This document shows, piece by piece, positions 1-9,820 of a stretch of 64,000 bases of DNA (position 1 is the first letter of the stretch; each line of letters opens with the position of its first letter). A model generated the notes under the pieces. That model ran no database searches and was not told where the DNA came from. It was given only the letters and a program-made list of their open reading frames with translations. The stretch is from an uncultured Desulfobacter sp. (lineage in GTDB: Bacteria > Desulfobacterota > Desulfobacteria > Desulfobacterales > Desulfobacteraceae): contig OY762069.1 in assembly GCA_963665095.1 (NCBI GenBank), positions 3,872,001 through 3,936,000 of the forward strand. Reading direction: 5' to 3'. The translations under genes were made by a program, and so were the position numbers.

Positions 1-1
1 T

Positions 2-1903
2 GAATCGGCCATGGAAGCCCTGGACCTGGCCGTGGGACTGATCGCCTCAGGTGAGGTTGACCCGGATGATACCCTGGATGTTTTAACTTTGGCGGCCAGG
101 GTGCTGGCTTACCTTGACACCCTGGCTGAAACCGATGCAGCAACGGTGCTGGCCATTCTTGCAAACGCCAATGAGATTGCAACGGCAGCTTTATCAGCCC
201 ATGAAGCAGGACAAACGCTTACCAGCTATGAATTAACGCTGATTTTAAGACAATCCACTGCAGTTATAGAAAGCCTGGGGGCACTGGTGCAAACATTGGA
301 TTTTGACGACCGGCTTGACATCCTTGACCAGGCAGGAACCCTTCTGGTGTCCGGCATTACAGCCGGCCTGGCTGCTTCGGATATGGATACCGACACCCTT
401 TCCAGCCTGGTGGATACCATCAGCGATCTTATGACCGCCTGCATGTCCGGTACCGATGCAAAGGGGTGTGCACAACTCATTGACATGGCCAAAGATACCA
501 TCCTCGGGGCGGTTGAGGCGGCCCTGGCCGCAGATGGCGGCAGTGGTGCGGGTCGGGATCTTGCCGGGGAGATTGCAAATGAAGTGCGGTTAATCTGTGA
601 CGCTGTTTATGACTTTTTAACGGAAGAGGCGTCTGCCGGTTCGGCAGCCCTGTCCCGGAATCAGGCCCTTGCCGCCGGCAGTGTTGCAGCCATGGATTCA
701 GAGGAGACAGATGAAAATCTCACCCTTTCCGATATCCGGGACCTCACCGGGGACATCGCGGAGATGCTCTCGCCATTCACTGAAAATGACCTGACGCTCA
801 GCAATCGACTGGTCAGATCCGTTGTGGCCCTGCTGGATGAGCTTTATGAGGCCGGCATTGATCCGCTGGCCGAAACTTTGGGAATTGATACCAGCCAGGG
901 CGCCATTGCCGGTGATCAGGCAGCCCTGATATCGGCTCTGGCCGATGCCCCGGGCCTTTTAGGGCAGCTGCTTGACGCCTTTGCCGCAACCATCGCCTGC
1001 AGTATTGACCGCCAGGATCTGGTACAGGCCCTTGAAGCAGTTTATACCGCCGAACTGGCAGCCGCCCTTGAAGGGGCGCTTCCGGCCCTGGTGGATTTTA
1101 ACCAGGTCCTTTTGACCCTGGACAGCCAGACGGTGATTGACACCGTTACCCGGGCACTTGGTCTGTATTACCCGGATGATGTTGTCTCGGTTACCGGAGA
1201 TCTTGACACCAGCCTGGCAATCAGTTTAGCCGGAGGGGACGGTTCAACCCTGGGGGAGATCCAGACAGTCATGGTCAGTGATGTGCGCCTGGTTCCCTCG
1301 GTTATCCCCGACGGCGTCTACATACTTGGTGATGATGACAGGCGCCTGCTTGTGTCTGCCCCCCTGGCCGTCACCATCGCCCCGGTGTTCTCCCATACCT
1401 GTGATGCCATGCTCGCCCTTCTGGACGATGATTATCCCGTTGCCCTGGAGACCGACGGCCGCTTCACCATTGCCTTTGATGAGGCAACAACCCTTTGCGC
1501 CATGACCGGATACGGCCTTAGCCAGGTGTCGGATGAAGACGGCAGCGGTATTTTATTCAAGGCGCAGGTGGATGACCCGGCATCTGCAACATACAAAATC
1601 GCCATCAATTACGCCGACAGCACCACCCAGGATATGGTTCCGGCAGTTCTGGATCTGGATATTTTAAAAAATTATCTCAACAGCCTGAATGTAACGTTTT
1701 CCATTGACCGGGACAGCGGCATCTTTACCCTTGGGGACGGATGTACCTACCGGCCCGGATTCTGGATCACCGCCCTCACCGAAGATGATCTGAGCTATTT
1801 TAATGAACACCAGGTATCTGGTGCGGCATTTAGGTTGGCCGGAAACAATATCCAATTTATCAGCGCCACCGGGAAACAGGTGTTTTATTTCCTGGAGGAG
1901 TAA
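2..1903 (+). CDS. Large acidic Ala/Asp/Leu-rich hypothetical protein, probably 5'-truncated by the window edge (possible surface or secreted protein)
   Basis: 630-aa ORF from ATG 11. The frame is open back to the window start. No family recognised. Confidence 0.7.
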   Translation, partial: ESAMEALDLAVGLIASGEVDPDDTLDVLTLAARVLAYLDTLAETDAATVLAILANANEIATAALSAHEAGQTLTSYELTLILRQSTAVIESLGALVQTLDFDDRLDILDQAGTLLVSGITAGLAASDMDTDTLSSLVDTISDLMTACMSGTDAKGCAQLIDMAKDTILGAVEAALAADGGSGAGRDLAGEIANEVRLICDAVYDFLTEEASAGSAALSRNQALAAGSVAAMDSEETDENLTLSDIRDLTGDIAEMLSPFTENDLTLSNRLVRSVVALLDELYEAGIDPLAETLGIDTSQGAIAGDQAALISALADAPGLLGQLLDAFAATIACSIDRQDLVQALEAVYTAELAAALEGALPALVDFNQVLLTLDSQTVIDTVTRALGLYYPDDVVSVTGDLDTSLAISLAGGDGSTLGEIQTVMVSDVRLVPSVIPDGVYILGDDDRRLLVSAPLAVTIAPVFSHTCDAMLALLDDDYPVALETDGRFTIAFDEATTLCAMTGYGLSQVSDEDGSGILFKAQVDDPASATYKIAINYADSTTQDMVPAVLDLDILKNYLNSLNVTFSIDRDSGIFTLGDGCTYRPGFWITALTEDDLSYFNEHQVSGAAFRLAGNNIQFISATGKQVFYFLEE

Positions 1904-1935
1904 GGGTTTTGGAGAGGTACCATATTTTTTCCGAT

Positions 1936-2529
1936 CTAGGGTGCGGCATTGCCTTTAGCCTGTTCAATGAGGTCTGCGTTCTTCTCTTTTAATTCCGGGT
2001 AGCCGGCACAAAAGCTTCCGGATTTCTTTGCCAGTGATACGGCCTGCTGAAAATGGCCCTGAGCCAGCTGTGACCTGGCCATGAGATGCCATATCAAAGG
2101 GTCCCGGCCGTCTATATAAAGGGCCTGTTCCAGAGTGGCAAACGCCTTTTCCGGCTCTTTCCGGGCCAGCTGATCTTCGGCCTTTCTGATCATCCGGGTA
2201 AGCACCTTTGGCCGTTGACGGGGTTCGGGGCTCAGGGCTGCCATGGTCTGGCCGGATGCAGTGTCATCACTTCGGACAGTCCCGCCGATCCCAGGCACCG
2301 CAGGCCGGCTCTGGACGGGCAGATCAACTTGTGAATCCGCGTCCGGGCCCGGGGCGGAAAGATCTGCAGCAGGCTGTGGCGTCTGAACCGGGGCAGGCCC
2401 GCCAATCTGCGGCACGGATTCCGGTGGAACATGTCTGTCCGGAATGGTTAACACCTTTTTCTGCCCGCAGGCAGACAAGATAGATAGAGCCAGAATCATA
2501 GTCAGAAAACCAAGGCAGATACGTTTCAT
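1936..2529 (-). CDS. TPR-domain lipoprotein, LpoP-like putative PBP1B activator
   Basis: Lipobox LSAC, Pro-rich linker and C-terminal TPR-like helices. Start overlaps the mrcB stop. Confidence 0.7.
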   Translation of the reverse strand: MKRICLGFLTMILALSILSACGQKKVLTIPDRHVPPESVPQIGGPAPVQTPQPAADLSAPGPDADSQVDLPVQSRPAVPGIGGTVRSDDTASGQTMAALSPEPRQRPKVLTRMIRKAEDQLARKEPEKAFATLEQALYIDGRDPLIWHLMARSQLAQGHFQQAVSLAKKSGSFCAGYPELKEKNADLIEQAKGNAAP

Positions 2530-4883
2530 TTAAACAGATCCTTAAGCCAGTCGATGAGATACCGCGGCTTTTCATTTTTGTCTGGCAGGTTATTTTGCTC
2601 AAGCGCCGGTGCTGTTCCTGTGTCAACTTCCCCTGCACCCGCGTCCGGGATGACACCGGCAGCATCAGGAACAGGTTCCGGATCGGTCTCAGGCACAATA
2701 TCCGGAGGGGCCGAACCGCTGATAAAGGGAACAGCAAGGGCATTGTCCGCGTTTCTGTCCGTGCGAAGACCGGTTTGGGGATTGACCACGGCCCATTCAA
2801 TATTTTCAGGCTGGGTAACCACCAGGGGGGTATTTGAAATATGTGACATGATCCGGCCAAAAATCGGCAGGGCACCGGTGGCGCCTGTCAGCCCGGTGGA
2901 TCGGTTATCATCCCGGCCGACCCATACCACGGCCAGGTGATTCCCGGAAAATCCGGCAAACCAGGAATCCCGCAGGCCGTTGGTGGTGCCGGTTTTTCCG
3001 GCAATATTAAGATCCGGGGAGAGCCAGCGGCGCACCCCTTTCCCCGTACCCTCCTGCACCACCGCCTGAAGGGTTTTATTCACCAGGAACACGGCACCTG
3101 GTTCCAGGCGCTGCTCAATGCTTAAGGGATACCGGGCCAGCACCTCTCCGTCAGGTGTATACACGGCCCTGATGGCCCGGGCCGGGGTAAAAAAGCCGCC
3201 TGAAGAAAGGGTGTGATATACCTGGGCCACCTGTATTGGCGACATCTCAACACTGCCCAGAAGCATGGCCGGTACCAGGGGCGTTGAAACAGTAACCCCC
3301 AGACGGTCCATGTTGTCTGATACCGATTCCAGGCCAAGGGCCATGCCCAGCCTGACTGTGGAGGTATTATAGGAATGGACCAGGGCCTGGTACAGAGGGA
3401 TATCGCCATGATATTTCCGGTCATAGTTCCGGGGCTCCCACCAGGTACCATCAGAATTTTTCAGACGCACCGGCCCATCACTGATGGATGTGACCAGGGT
3501 ATATGACTCCGGCCTGGAAAGCGCCGTCAGATAGACCGCTGGTTTCACCAGGGAGCCAATGGGCCGCGTGGCATCCAGGGCACGGTTAAATCCGGCATCC
3601 CTGGGCTGCTTTCCCCCCACAAGGGCCTGGATTTCATTGGAGGCGCATGCTGTGACCACAGCACCGGCTTCAAGTGCTTTTTTCTCTGTTTTCATGAAAT
3701 CAGCCACCCCGTCTTCTGCTGCCAGCTGCACCAGGGGATCCAGGGGGGTAAAAATCCGTAACCCCATGGTTTTCAGATCCTCTTCCCGGTACTCTTTTAA
3801 CAGCCTGCGTTTAACCAGGTCCAGATAAAAGGGAAAGCGGACGTGACGGGGTGCCGGTATCACATGTAAGGGTGTAACAAGGGCCTTTTGAAGCTGGGAA
3901 GCTGAGATCAGGCCCTGGTCCGCCATAAGCCCGAGAACAGTGTCCCGCCGCTGCCGGGCCCGATCCGGATGCAGGCGGGGATTATAGTAGGACGGCCCCT
4001 TGAGCAGTCCCACCAGAAGGGCGGTCTCCCCGGGTGTTAAAAATTCCGGAAGCTTATCAAAATAAAACCGGGATGCCAGGCCAAACCCGTGGATGGCCCG
4101 GGGACCGTCCTGGCCCATGTAGACTTCATTGATGTAGGCATCAAGGATCTGATCTTTGGTATACTGGTATTCAATGGCCCCCGCCACAAAGGCTTCGCTC
4201 ACCTTGCGGCGCAGGGTCTTTTCAGAAGAGAGGAAAAAATTTTTTGCCAGCTGCTGGGTCAGGGTGCTGGCCCCCTGGGTGAACCGCATCTGGCGGATGT
4301 TAACGGCCATGGCCCGCACAATGGATTTAAAATCAATGCCGTAATGGGTATAAAAATTTCTGTCTTCCACGGCAACAATGGCACTTCTGAGCAGCTTGGG
4401 GATCTGTTCAGATGCCAGAAGGATGCGGTCTTCCATGGAAGAGGGATAGAACTGGCCGATGAGAACCGGGTCCAGCCGCACCATGTCATCGTCCCGGCCA
4501 CGGATTCTGAGCCAGGAGACCTGGTGGTCGGCCATGGTAAGTGCCACCCGGCAGGCAGGCCGCTGTTCATCCCCGAAATCAAAGGCCCGGCACATCAGGG
4601 TAAACTTTTCCCGGTACCGGGTGTATCGGCCTGGCGCTGTGAGTGCTGAGGCACCTGTCACTTTCCGGTACCCCAGTAATTCAAGTTCCTGCTCAAGACT
4701 ATCCGGTGACAGGGCCAGCCCCGGATAAAGGGATAACGGCCGGGCATAAACCTTGGCAGGCACCTGCCACAGCTGGCCCTTGAAACGCTCAGCCACCTGG
4801 CGGTTCACCTGGTATGCATAACCGAAAACGGCCACGCCGGCACAAAGAATCAACAGAATCACTATTCGTCTCAAAAATTTCAT
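2526..4883 (-). CDS. mrcB: Penicillin-binding protein 1B
   Basis: N-terminal TM helix and UB2H-like region. Glycosyltransferase motifs EDRNFYTH and GASTLTQQLAKN. Transpeptidase motifs SLVK, SYN and KTGT. Confidence 0.93.
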   Translation of the reverse strand: MKFLRRIVILLILCAGVAVFGYAYQVNRQVAERFKGQLWQVPAKVYARPLSLYPGLALSPDSLEQELELLGYRKVTGASALTAPGRYTRYREKFTLMCRAFDFGDEQRPACRVALTMADHQVSWLRIRGRDDDMVRLDPVLIGQFYPSSMEDRILLASEQIPKLLRSAIVAVEDRNFYTHYGIDFKSIVRAMAVNIRQMRFTQGASTLTQQLAKNFFLSSEKTLRRKVSEAFVAGAIEYQYTKDQILDAYINEVYMGQDGPRAIHGFGLASRFYFDKLPEFLTPGETALLVGLLKGPSYYNPRLHPDRARQRRDTVLGLMADQGLISASQLQKALVTPLHVIPAPRHVRFPFYLDLVKRRLLKEYREEDLKTMGLRIFTPLDPLVQLAAEDGVADFMKTEKKALEAGAVVTACASNEIQALVGGKQPRDAGFNRALDATRPIGSLVKPAVYLTALSRPESYTLVTSISDGPVRLKNSDGTWWEPRNYDRKYHGDIPLYQALVHSYNTSTVRLGMALGLESVSDNMDRLGVTVSTPLVPAMLLGSVEMSPIQVAQVYHTLSSGGFFTPARAIRAVYTPDGEVLARYPLSIEQRLEPGAVFLVNKTLQAVVQEGTGKGVRRWLSPDLNIAGKTGTTNGLRDSWFAGFSGNHLAVVWVGRDDNRSTGLTGATGALPIFGRIMSHISNTPLVVTQPENIEWAVVNPQTGLRTDRNADNALAVPFISGSAPPDIVPETDPEPVPDAAGVIPDAGAGEVDTGTAPALEQNNLPDKNEKPRYLIDWLKDLFK

Positions 4884-5134
4884 ATATATGCGGTATGGTT
4901 TTCCGGTGGGTTCATTATTGTTTTATCATTTTCGTTTTTTGGCAGAAGGGTACCACTGTTTGAAGATGGGAAAAAGTATTTGTTTCTGAATATATCCCTG
5001 GTGTTGAAGAACAGTGATACATTGTGCACCGGGAACTGACAGCAGATAACAAAGAATCAGGGGATTGGCAGGGACTTGAAAGGCAAATTGAAACCCCTTG
5101 GGAACCGATCAAAAAGATTTAGCAGATCCGGTGG

Positions 5135-6898
5135 TCAGGCGCCCCGGACAAGGGCCTCAGCTGCCATGGCCGCCTTAACAGCATTGGGTGCCCAGCCGTG
5201 GGCCCCGTACCGGATGGCTCTGTTTTCATCCACAGGGGCGCCGCCCACCATGATTTTAACCCGGGGATCAATCTCTTTCAGGGCATCAACAACTTTCGGG
5301 ATATTGCGCATGCTGGTACTCATCAAAGCAGATATTCCCACCAGTGTGGGGCGATACTCCCGGTAGGCTGCCACGAACTGCGCCGGGCTGACATCGGTGC
5401 CCAGATCACGAACCTGCCATCCGGCAGCCGTAAACATGGCAATTACAAGATTCTTGCCGATTTCATGAATATCCCCCTGAACCACGCCTATCAGCAGTGA
5501 GGCAGGTGTTTTCAACGGATCGGCTTCGGCCGCCAGAAAGGGCGTGACCACCTCCAGACCGGCGTAGAGGGTGTCGGCACATCTTAAAAGTTCGGGAATA
5601 AAATAAATATCAGAGGAAAACAACTCCCCGGCCGCTTCCATTCCGGCGGAGAGCCCATTTTCCACGGTTCTCACAGCCCCCACGCCATCATCCATGGCCT
5701 GCCGGCACAAGGTTTTGCACAGCACTGGCTGGAACTTAACCACGGCATTCCTGATCTGATCCAAAAGGGTGTTGTCAGGTGCGAGGACAGAATCCACCGA
5801 TATAGCAGGGGTATGTGGGTCCGGCGGCTGTGTATCGGTCTGGAAGCGCGTCCCGGATGAACAGGCAAGGCCCTTCTTCAGCGGGCTTGCATTCCTGTCA
5901 TGCCTGAATGACCGGGTGGTTTCAATCAGCGCTGTTAAGTTTTCCCTTGGCGTCTCCAGAACAAGGTCGCACCCTGTGGACATGAGAAAATTGGGATACC
6001 CTGCCACGGCCTCAAGCAGCCCCCGGGTTTCCCCGACCACGTCTCTGGCATCCATCTCAAGCATCACATCAATGGGATCAATATTGCCGAACACCACGAT
6101 ATCTTCGGGAATCTGCGGCATCAGGGAGGGAATGTCCATGACCTGGTCCAGGCTGATCCCCTGGAGGGGGCAGGTTAAAATTTCATCCAGCAGGTGGCTG
6201 GTATCTCCGCAGATGTGCATCACCGGCCAGGCATGAATCCCTTTAAATACAGAGTGTACCCCCGGCACCACAAAGGTTTTGAACTGGACCTTTGACAGAA
6301 TAATGGCCGTGGGTTCGGCAATGGAAATCAAAGCGGCACCGGCATTGGCTGCAGCATGGGCGTAGGCCCTGACCGTTTTGGCGGTAAAGGCCAGCAGTTC
6401 TTTGACAAAATCCGGATCTGTAATGATGAACCGGGCCAGATCCTCCACACCGGCCAGCTGGGCGGCCAGGGTGAAAGGCCCTTCCACACTCAGCGCAACA
6501 GGTTTATCACTGGCTTTGACCAACGCCCGGATGGACTCAATATTGGTGGTCATGCGGCTGCCGGCCAGGGGATCAGGCACAGACAGGGCAGCAAGCTTTT
6601 CCCGGCTTTTAATGGCATGGTCTGCCACAGCCGGAAAATCATAATCAAATTGTTTGATGGTAAGCCCCAGTGTCTCACTGCAGATAATACCGTCATCCAT
6701 GATGCCGGTGAAATCAGCGTTAAATGTACGTTCCATCTCTTTTGCCACAAGGAGCTGGGTCTTTTGGGACTCATAGATGTCATACAGTTTTTTCGGACAA
6801 AGCCCGAGGCTGACAAGCCCGGTCCAGGGCAGGCAGAGGCGGCGGTCAAAACTGGAAATATAGGATAACAGTGTTGGGTGCTGGCGTAGATCAATCAT
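5135..6898 (-). CDS. Fused MT2/URO-D-family (MtaA/CmuA-like) methyltransferase and corrinoid-binding protein
   Basis: N-terminal URO-D-type barrel (GPFTLA, HICG, FGNIDP, STGCD). C-terminal B12-binding domain (DIHEIG, SALM, VGG). Confidence 0.85.
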   Translation of the reverse strand: MIDLRQHPTLLSYISSFDRRLCLPWTGLVSLGLCPKKLYDIYESQKTQLLVAKEMERTFNADFTGIMDDGIICSETLGLTIKQFDYDFPAVADHAIKSREKLAALSVPDPLAGSRMTTNIESIRALVKASDKPVALSVEGPFTLAAQLAGVEDLARFIITDPDFVKELLAFTAKTVRAYAHAAANAGAALISIAEPTAIILSKVQFKTFVVPGVHSVFKGIHAWPVMHICGDTSHLLDEILTCPLQGISLDQVMDIPSLMPQIPEDIVVFGNIDPIDVMLEMDARDVVGETRGLLEAVAGYPNFLMSTGCDLVLETPRENLTALIETTRSFRHDRNASPLKKGLACSSGTRFQTDTQPPDPHTPAISVDSVLAPDNTLLDQIRNAVVKFQPVLCKTLCRQAMDDGVGAVRTVENGLSAGMEAAGELFSSDIYFIPELLRCADTLYAGLEVVTPFLAAEADPLKTPASLLIGVVQGDIHEIGKNLVIAMFTAAGWQVRDLGTDVSPAQFVAAYREYRPTLVGISALMSTSMRNIPKVVDALKEIDPRVKIMVGGAPVDENRAIRYGAHGWAPNAVKAAMAAEALVRGA

Positions 6899-6901
6899 GG
6901 C

Positions 6902-7879
6902 TTACTCCCTTTTTTGTTGAAACACCACGGCATACACACAGACAGAGACCACAATGGTCAGGCCGTAAACCAGGCGGGTCCAGAAGCCGGACAACCCCAT
7001 GCTGATGATGCCGGCCTCAAGAATACCGATGATCACGGCACCGGCAAGGGTGCCGAAAATCGTCCCCGTGCCGCCAAATACCGATGTGCCGCCAATGAAA
7101 ATGGAGGCAAACACGATGAGCAGATACCCCTCTCCCTGGGTGGGCCACCAGTTGGCCATCTCCAGGCAGATCATCACGGCGGCCAGGGCGCTGACCGCCC
7201 CCATGGCCACAAAGAGCAGAATGCGGGTCCCCTGGGTATTGATGCCCATCATTTCAGCGGTTTTAATGTCGTCTCCGATGAACAGGACATTGTCCCCGAA
7301 CACGTGGCGATGCAGTATCAGCCAGGCAAAACCCGCCAGGCCCAGACACCACAGGGCCTGCACCGGTATGGTATCAAAAAGACGCCCCACCATCACCGGA
7401 TGCAGCCAGGTATCCCGGACCGCCACCAGGTTCAGCGCCAGACCCGAGGCCAGCACGGTGGTAAGCCCCCGCCAGAAGAACTGGGTGCCGATGGTGGCAA
7501 TGATGGATGGCACCCCGATCTTCACCACCACAATACCGTTGACCAGCCCCACAAAACAGCCGGCCGCAAGGGCAGCCCCAAGGGCCAGAAGGCAGGAGCC
7601 GGTATGGGTGAAACAGAAGGCAAAAATATACCCGGAAAATGCCATCACTGAAGGAAAGGAAAGATCCATCTCCCCTGCCACAATGAGATAGGTAAGGCCC
7701 AGGGCCAGGATGGCGGTAAAGGGGATGGTGGACATGAATGAAATATAGATCCGCAGGGAAAGAAAGGTTTTCGGGCTGAACACCATGAATACCAGCCAGA
7801 AAAAAACCAGCACCCCCAGAACGCCTGCCTGAAGCTTGTGGGTACCCAGAAACCGTGATATCCGCATCCTGATACTCAT
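6902..7879 (-). CDS. Sugar-type (CUT2) ABC transporter permease
   Basis: Multi-TM protein with GEMDLS, PSIIATIG and IGGTSVFGG motifs of RbsC-like permeases. Confidence 0.9.
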   Translation of the reverse strand: MSIRMRISRFLGTHKLQAGVLGVLVFFWLVFMVFSPKTFLSLRIYISFMSTIPFTAILALGLTYLIVAGEMDLSFPSVMAFSGYIFAFCFTHTGSCLLALGAALAAGCFVGLVNGIVVVKIGVPSIIATIGTQFFWRGLTTVLASGLALNLVAVRDTWLHPVMVGRLFDTIPVQALWCLGLAGFAWLILHRHVFGDNVLFIGDDIKTAEMMGINTQGTRILLFVAMGAVSALAAVMICLEMANWWPTQGEGYLLIVFASIFIGGTSVFGGTGTIFGTLAGAVIIGILEAGIISMGLSGFWTRLVYGLTIVVSVCVYAVVFQQKRE

Positions 7880-8622
7880 GAGGCAATCTCCACCAGGCGG
7901 TCGGTGAGGTCTTTCAGGCTCAGGTCCTTTCGCATATGGCTGCCGGCCACCCGGCCCCGTTCCAGCAGAAGAAACCTGTCCGCCGCCTGCCAGGCATGCC
8001 CGATATTATGGGTGATGAGAATCCCCGATTTGCCCTGGGCCTTGATCCCGCCGATAAATTCCATCACCTTTTTGACCTCTCTGACGGAAAGTGCGGTGGT
8101 GGGCTCATCCAGGATCAGAATGCTGGACTTGAAAAACAGGGCCCTGGCAATGGCAAGCCCCTGCTTTTCTCCGCCGGACAGGGTTTTGACCAGGGCATTT
8201 TCATCCAGGCCCACCCCATGAAGTCCCAAGTGATCTTGAAGAATCCTACGGGTATGCATCTTCTCTTTTTTAATATCAATGAACCCGAACCGGTTGGTAA
8301 GATGCCGCCCCATGAACACATTGCGCCACAGGAACTGTTTGGTGCCAACGCAGCTCTCCTGGTACACGGTTTCAATGCCAAGTTTTCGGGAGTGCTTGAC
8401 TGAATAGCGGCTGAAATCCACTGGCGTGTCATGGATACGCATCTGACCGGCATCAGGCCGGACCAGGCCGGAAATGATTTTAATCAGGGTGGACTTTCCC
8501 GCCCCGTTATCCCCAAGCAGCGCCAGGACCTCGCCCTGGGGCAGCTGGAGGTTGATATCATCCAGGGTCAGGGTATTGCCGAACCGTTTGGTGATCTGTC
8601 TAAGGTCAAGGGCATTGGGCAT
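7876..8622 (-). CDS. Sugar ABC transporter ATP-binding protein
   Basis: Walker A GDNGAGKST, LSGGEKQ and ILDEPT. Likely start at MPNALDL rather than 8694. Confidence 0.9.
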   Translation of the reverse strand: MPNALDLRQITKRFGNTLTLDDINLQLPQGEVLALLGDNGAGKSTLIKIISGLVRPDAGQMRIHDTPVDFSRYSVKHSRKLGIETVYQESCVGTKQFLWRNVFMGRHLTNRFGFIDIKKEKMHTRRILQDHLGLHGVGLDENALVKTLSGGEKQGLAIARALFFKSSILILDEPTTALSVREVKKVMEFIGGIKAQGKSGILITHNIGHAWQAADRFLLLERGRVAGSHMRKDLSLKDLTDRLVEIAS

Positions 8623-8629
8623 GGATGGA

Positions 8630-9631
8630 TCAGCGAAGGCCCTTTTTGGCCAGAGGGGCGATAAGATCAATGTTGTCTTTTGTGACAAACCCACCGCCGG
8701 TATTGATCTTCAGGCCGGAAAATCCCAGCTTTTTGGTCAGCACCAGCTGGAGTACCGGCAGATAGCCCTGCAGGTAGGGCTGACCATCACCGATGAGATC
8801 CACATAGCCGCTTTTAACGGCAGAGGCTGTGGCTGGAGACAGACTGAAACCGGCGCCATAAATATCGTCGGGTTTCAGGCCTGCCTGGCGGAAAAAATTC
8901 TCCAGCTGGGCAGTCAGGGCCCCGTGGTCCATGACCACCAGGTCACAGTCCGGGTTGGCAGACAGGTAGGCTGTCATCACAGGCGCCCCCAGTACAGCGT
9001 CCTTATCAATTTCCGGGGTAATCTCCATGTAATCCACCTTAACACCGGCCGCTTCCAGGGTTTCAATAATGCCGACGGTGCTGCGGCCACGGGTGGGCTG
9101 GCTTTTCAGGCCCCATACCAGGGCCTTGTTGCCCTTGCCCAGGTGAAATCTGCGCGCAGCCTCGGCAGCCAGGGATTTTCCCCGGGCATAGTTATCCACA
9201 CCTGAATAGCCGAATCCTTTGGCCTGGTACCGGGCCTGCAGTTCCGGCAGCTCCGTGTCCGCGGACGTTACCAGAATGCCTTTGTCCATGGCCTCTTTAA
9301 TGAAAGGTGCATAGGCACTGTCCCCGGGATGGCCCATAACCACAATGCCATCCGGAGAAGAGGCCACGGCCTGCTTGAAGTTTTCCACCATTTTCTGGGG
9401 GCTCCAGTCCGAGTAAAGCAGTTCAATATCGCATCCAAGATCTTTGCCCGCCTGGAGCGCGCCGTTCTGGACAATGGTGTTGTAGGTGCCGCCCACAGGG
9501 CCGCCGGTGTCAAACCAGATGGTCATCCCCTCCCCCAGGGGTTTTAAATCATTTTTCTGGGCATAGGCCTGGGGAAACAGGGAAAGACAGAAAACAAGGG
9601 CGCCAATGGCAACTGATTTTAAATGGTTCAC
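8630..9631 (-). CDS. Sugar-type ABC transporter periplasmic substrate-binding protein
   Basis: Signal peptide (AYA), PBP type 1-like sequence with QPYLQGYLPV motif. First gene of the operon. Confidence 0.85.
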   Translation of the reverse strand: MNHLKSVAIGALVFCLSLFPQAYAQKNDLKPLGEGMTIWFDTGGPVGGTYNTIVQNGALQAGKDLGCDIELLYSDWSPQKMVENFKQAVASSPDGIVVMGHPGDSAYAPFIKEAMDKGILVTSADTELPELQARYQAKGFGYSGVDNYARGKSLAAEAARRFHLGKGNKALVWGLKSQPTRGRSTVGIIETLEAAGVKVDYMEITPEIDKDAVLGAPVMTAYLSANPDCDLVVMDHGALTAQLENFFRQAGLKPDDIYGAGFSLSPATASAVKSGYVDLIGDGQPYLQGYLPVLQLVLTKKLGFSGLKINTGGGFVTKDNIDLIAPLAKKGLR

Positions 9632-9820
9632 AAAAAGCTCCTAAAATTATGGTTTAATTATTTACTCCGGCAGGCTGACACGCAGGCCGGATAAGTATCT
9701 GTGAAGCGGTTGCTGGTTGTCTTGAGATATATGGACTAAATATATATGGCAGGATTGCAAGGTCAATTCGATATTCCTGATCCATTTTCAAAATCCAGAT
9801 ACAAATAATCTATTCAAACA

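Noticed and set aside
6914..9205. Long plus-strand ORFs opposite the ABC operon, and similar shadows at 17543-18316, 49156-49923 and 57733-58512
   Set aside because: They are antisense shadows of well-supported GC-rich genes and carry no motifs.
9632..9820. Cobalamin riboswitch upstream of the corrinoid operon
   Set aside because: No B12-box or conserved core was recognised by eye. An Rfam scan would be needed to exclude it.
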